Below are positions 24,086 to 24,786 of a stretch of DNA of 24,786 nucleotides, in pieces. This DNA is from a virus (lineage: Duplodnaviria; Caudoviricetes), in the IMG/VR virus record IMGVR_UViG_3300016484_000582, positions 1 to 24,786 of that record; one strand, 5' to 3'. The position numbers and the translations under genes were made by a program. Position 1 is the first letter of the stretch. The number at the start of each line of letters is the position of its first letter. The notes under the pieces were generated by a model, which saw only the letters and a program-made list of their open reading frames with translations, searched no databases and was not told the DNA's origin.

Positions 24086-24786
24086 ATGCAAATAGTTAGC
24101 CAGCCTATTGATTACTCGATTGATGTCATTAATCCGCAAAAAGCAATGCTTGAAGGGTTACAGTATCGTGCAATGCAAGAAAAGTATGCAGCAGAACAAA
24201 AAGAACAAGAAGATTTTGCCACCGCTTACAGTAATTTCATGAGCCTTGAAAAACCGACAACTAAGGACGCTGCTTTATTCATGACGAAAGTTCCTGCGAG
24301 TATGCAGGAGCGGTTTAAGCCTTTGATGCAGAATATTAGTGAGGAGGAATCTAAGGCATCGCTGAATTTTGGGCTCAAAGTGATGAATGCTTTAGAAAGC
24401 GATCCAGCGGTGGCGATTAATTTATTAAGAGAGCGAGCTACAGCGGAAACAAATTCTGGGAATCAAGAAAATGCCAGCTTTTTTGAACAGTTAGCAAAAA
24501 CAGCAGAGAAAGACCCCGGCGGAGCAATGAAAGTAAGCTCATTGGTTTTGGCAAGTATTCCTGGCGCAAAAGAAGCGTTGGAGAACATCGCGAAAGCAAG
24601 GGGTGAGCAGCGGGCGGCGGAAATGGCACCGCTTGACAAACAGTTAAAGCAAGCCGAAATTTATTTAAAACGTGAGCAGACAATAGCAGAACGTGCAAGT
24701 CAGGTTCCAGCTTCTATTCGTGAAGCGGTCGGATTTGGTAAATTATCAAAAGAAGATCAGGAAGCATTCATTAGCTTGCAGCGTCT
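24086..24786 (+). CDS. second ejection protein, truncated by the window edge
   Basis: Not in the ORF track. GGAG SD; MQIVSQPIDYSIDVINPQKAMLEGLQY..., apparently open to the end; follows the gp7-like gene. Confidence 0.7.
   Translation, partial: MQIVSQPIDYSIDVINPQKAMLEGLQYRAMQEKYAAEQKEQEDFATAYSNFMSLEKPTTKDAALFMTKVPASMQERFKPLMQNISEEESKASLNFGLKVMNALESDPAVAINLLRERATAETNSGNQENASFFEQLAKTAEKDPGGAMKVSSLVLASIPGAKEALENIAKARGEQRAAEMAPLDKQLKQAEIYLKREQTIAERASQVPASIREAVGFGKLSKEDQEAFISLQR

Noticed and set aside
9888-24698. Many minus-strand ORFs in the late region
   Set aside because: They lie antisense to well-supported structural genes, with no recognisable motifs or RBS.

Overview
The window is a 24.8-kb segment of a tailed dsDNA phage with a P22-like (podovirus) morphogenesis module. 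A GapR/DUF2312 homologue and AGAAAGGA-type ribosome-binding sites suggest an alphaproteobacterial host. From left to right it holds: a leftward early operon (Lar-like, Imm5-like, SSB-like, ERF recombinase); a divergent control region with a single Cro-like HTH gene and no CI; a rightward operon (two DUF551-like paralogues, GapR, RusA, an HTH replication initiator with internal iterons); an inverted island of small genes with its own near-consensus sigma70 promoter; and then terS, terL, portal, scaffold, coat, gp4/gp10-like tail and ejection proteins. The most notable signal is non-coding. Two tandem promoter + three-way-junction RNA units (about 4910-4978 and 5027-5094) lie upstream of the replication gene. 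The two loops of the first RNA (GUGGUUG and UUAUCCUUUC) are complementary to a bipartite leader (CAACCAC..GAAAGGAUWAA..AUG) repeated in front of six ORFs of the inverted island and in front of erf. This suggests a C4/CI-like trans-acting antisense RNA regulon. All calls come from reading the sequence by eye; no searches or folding were run.
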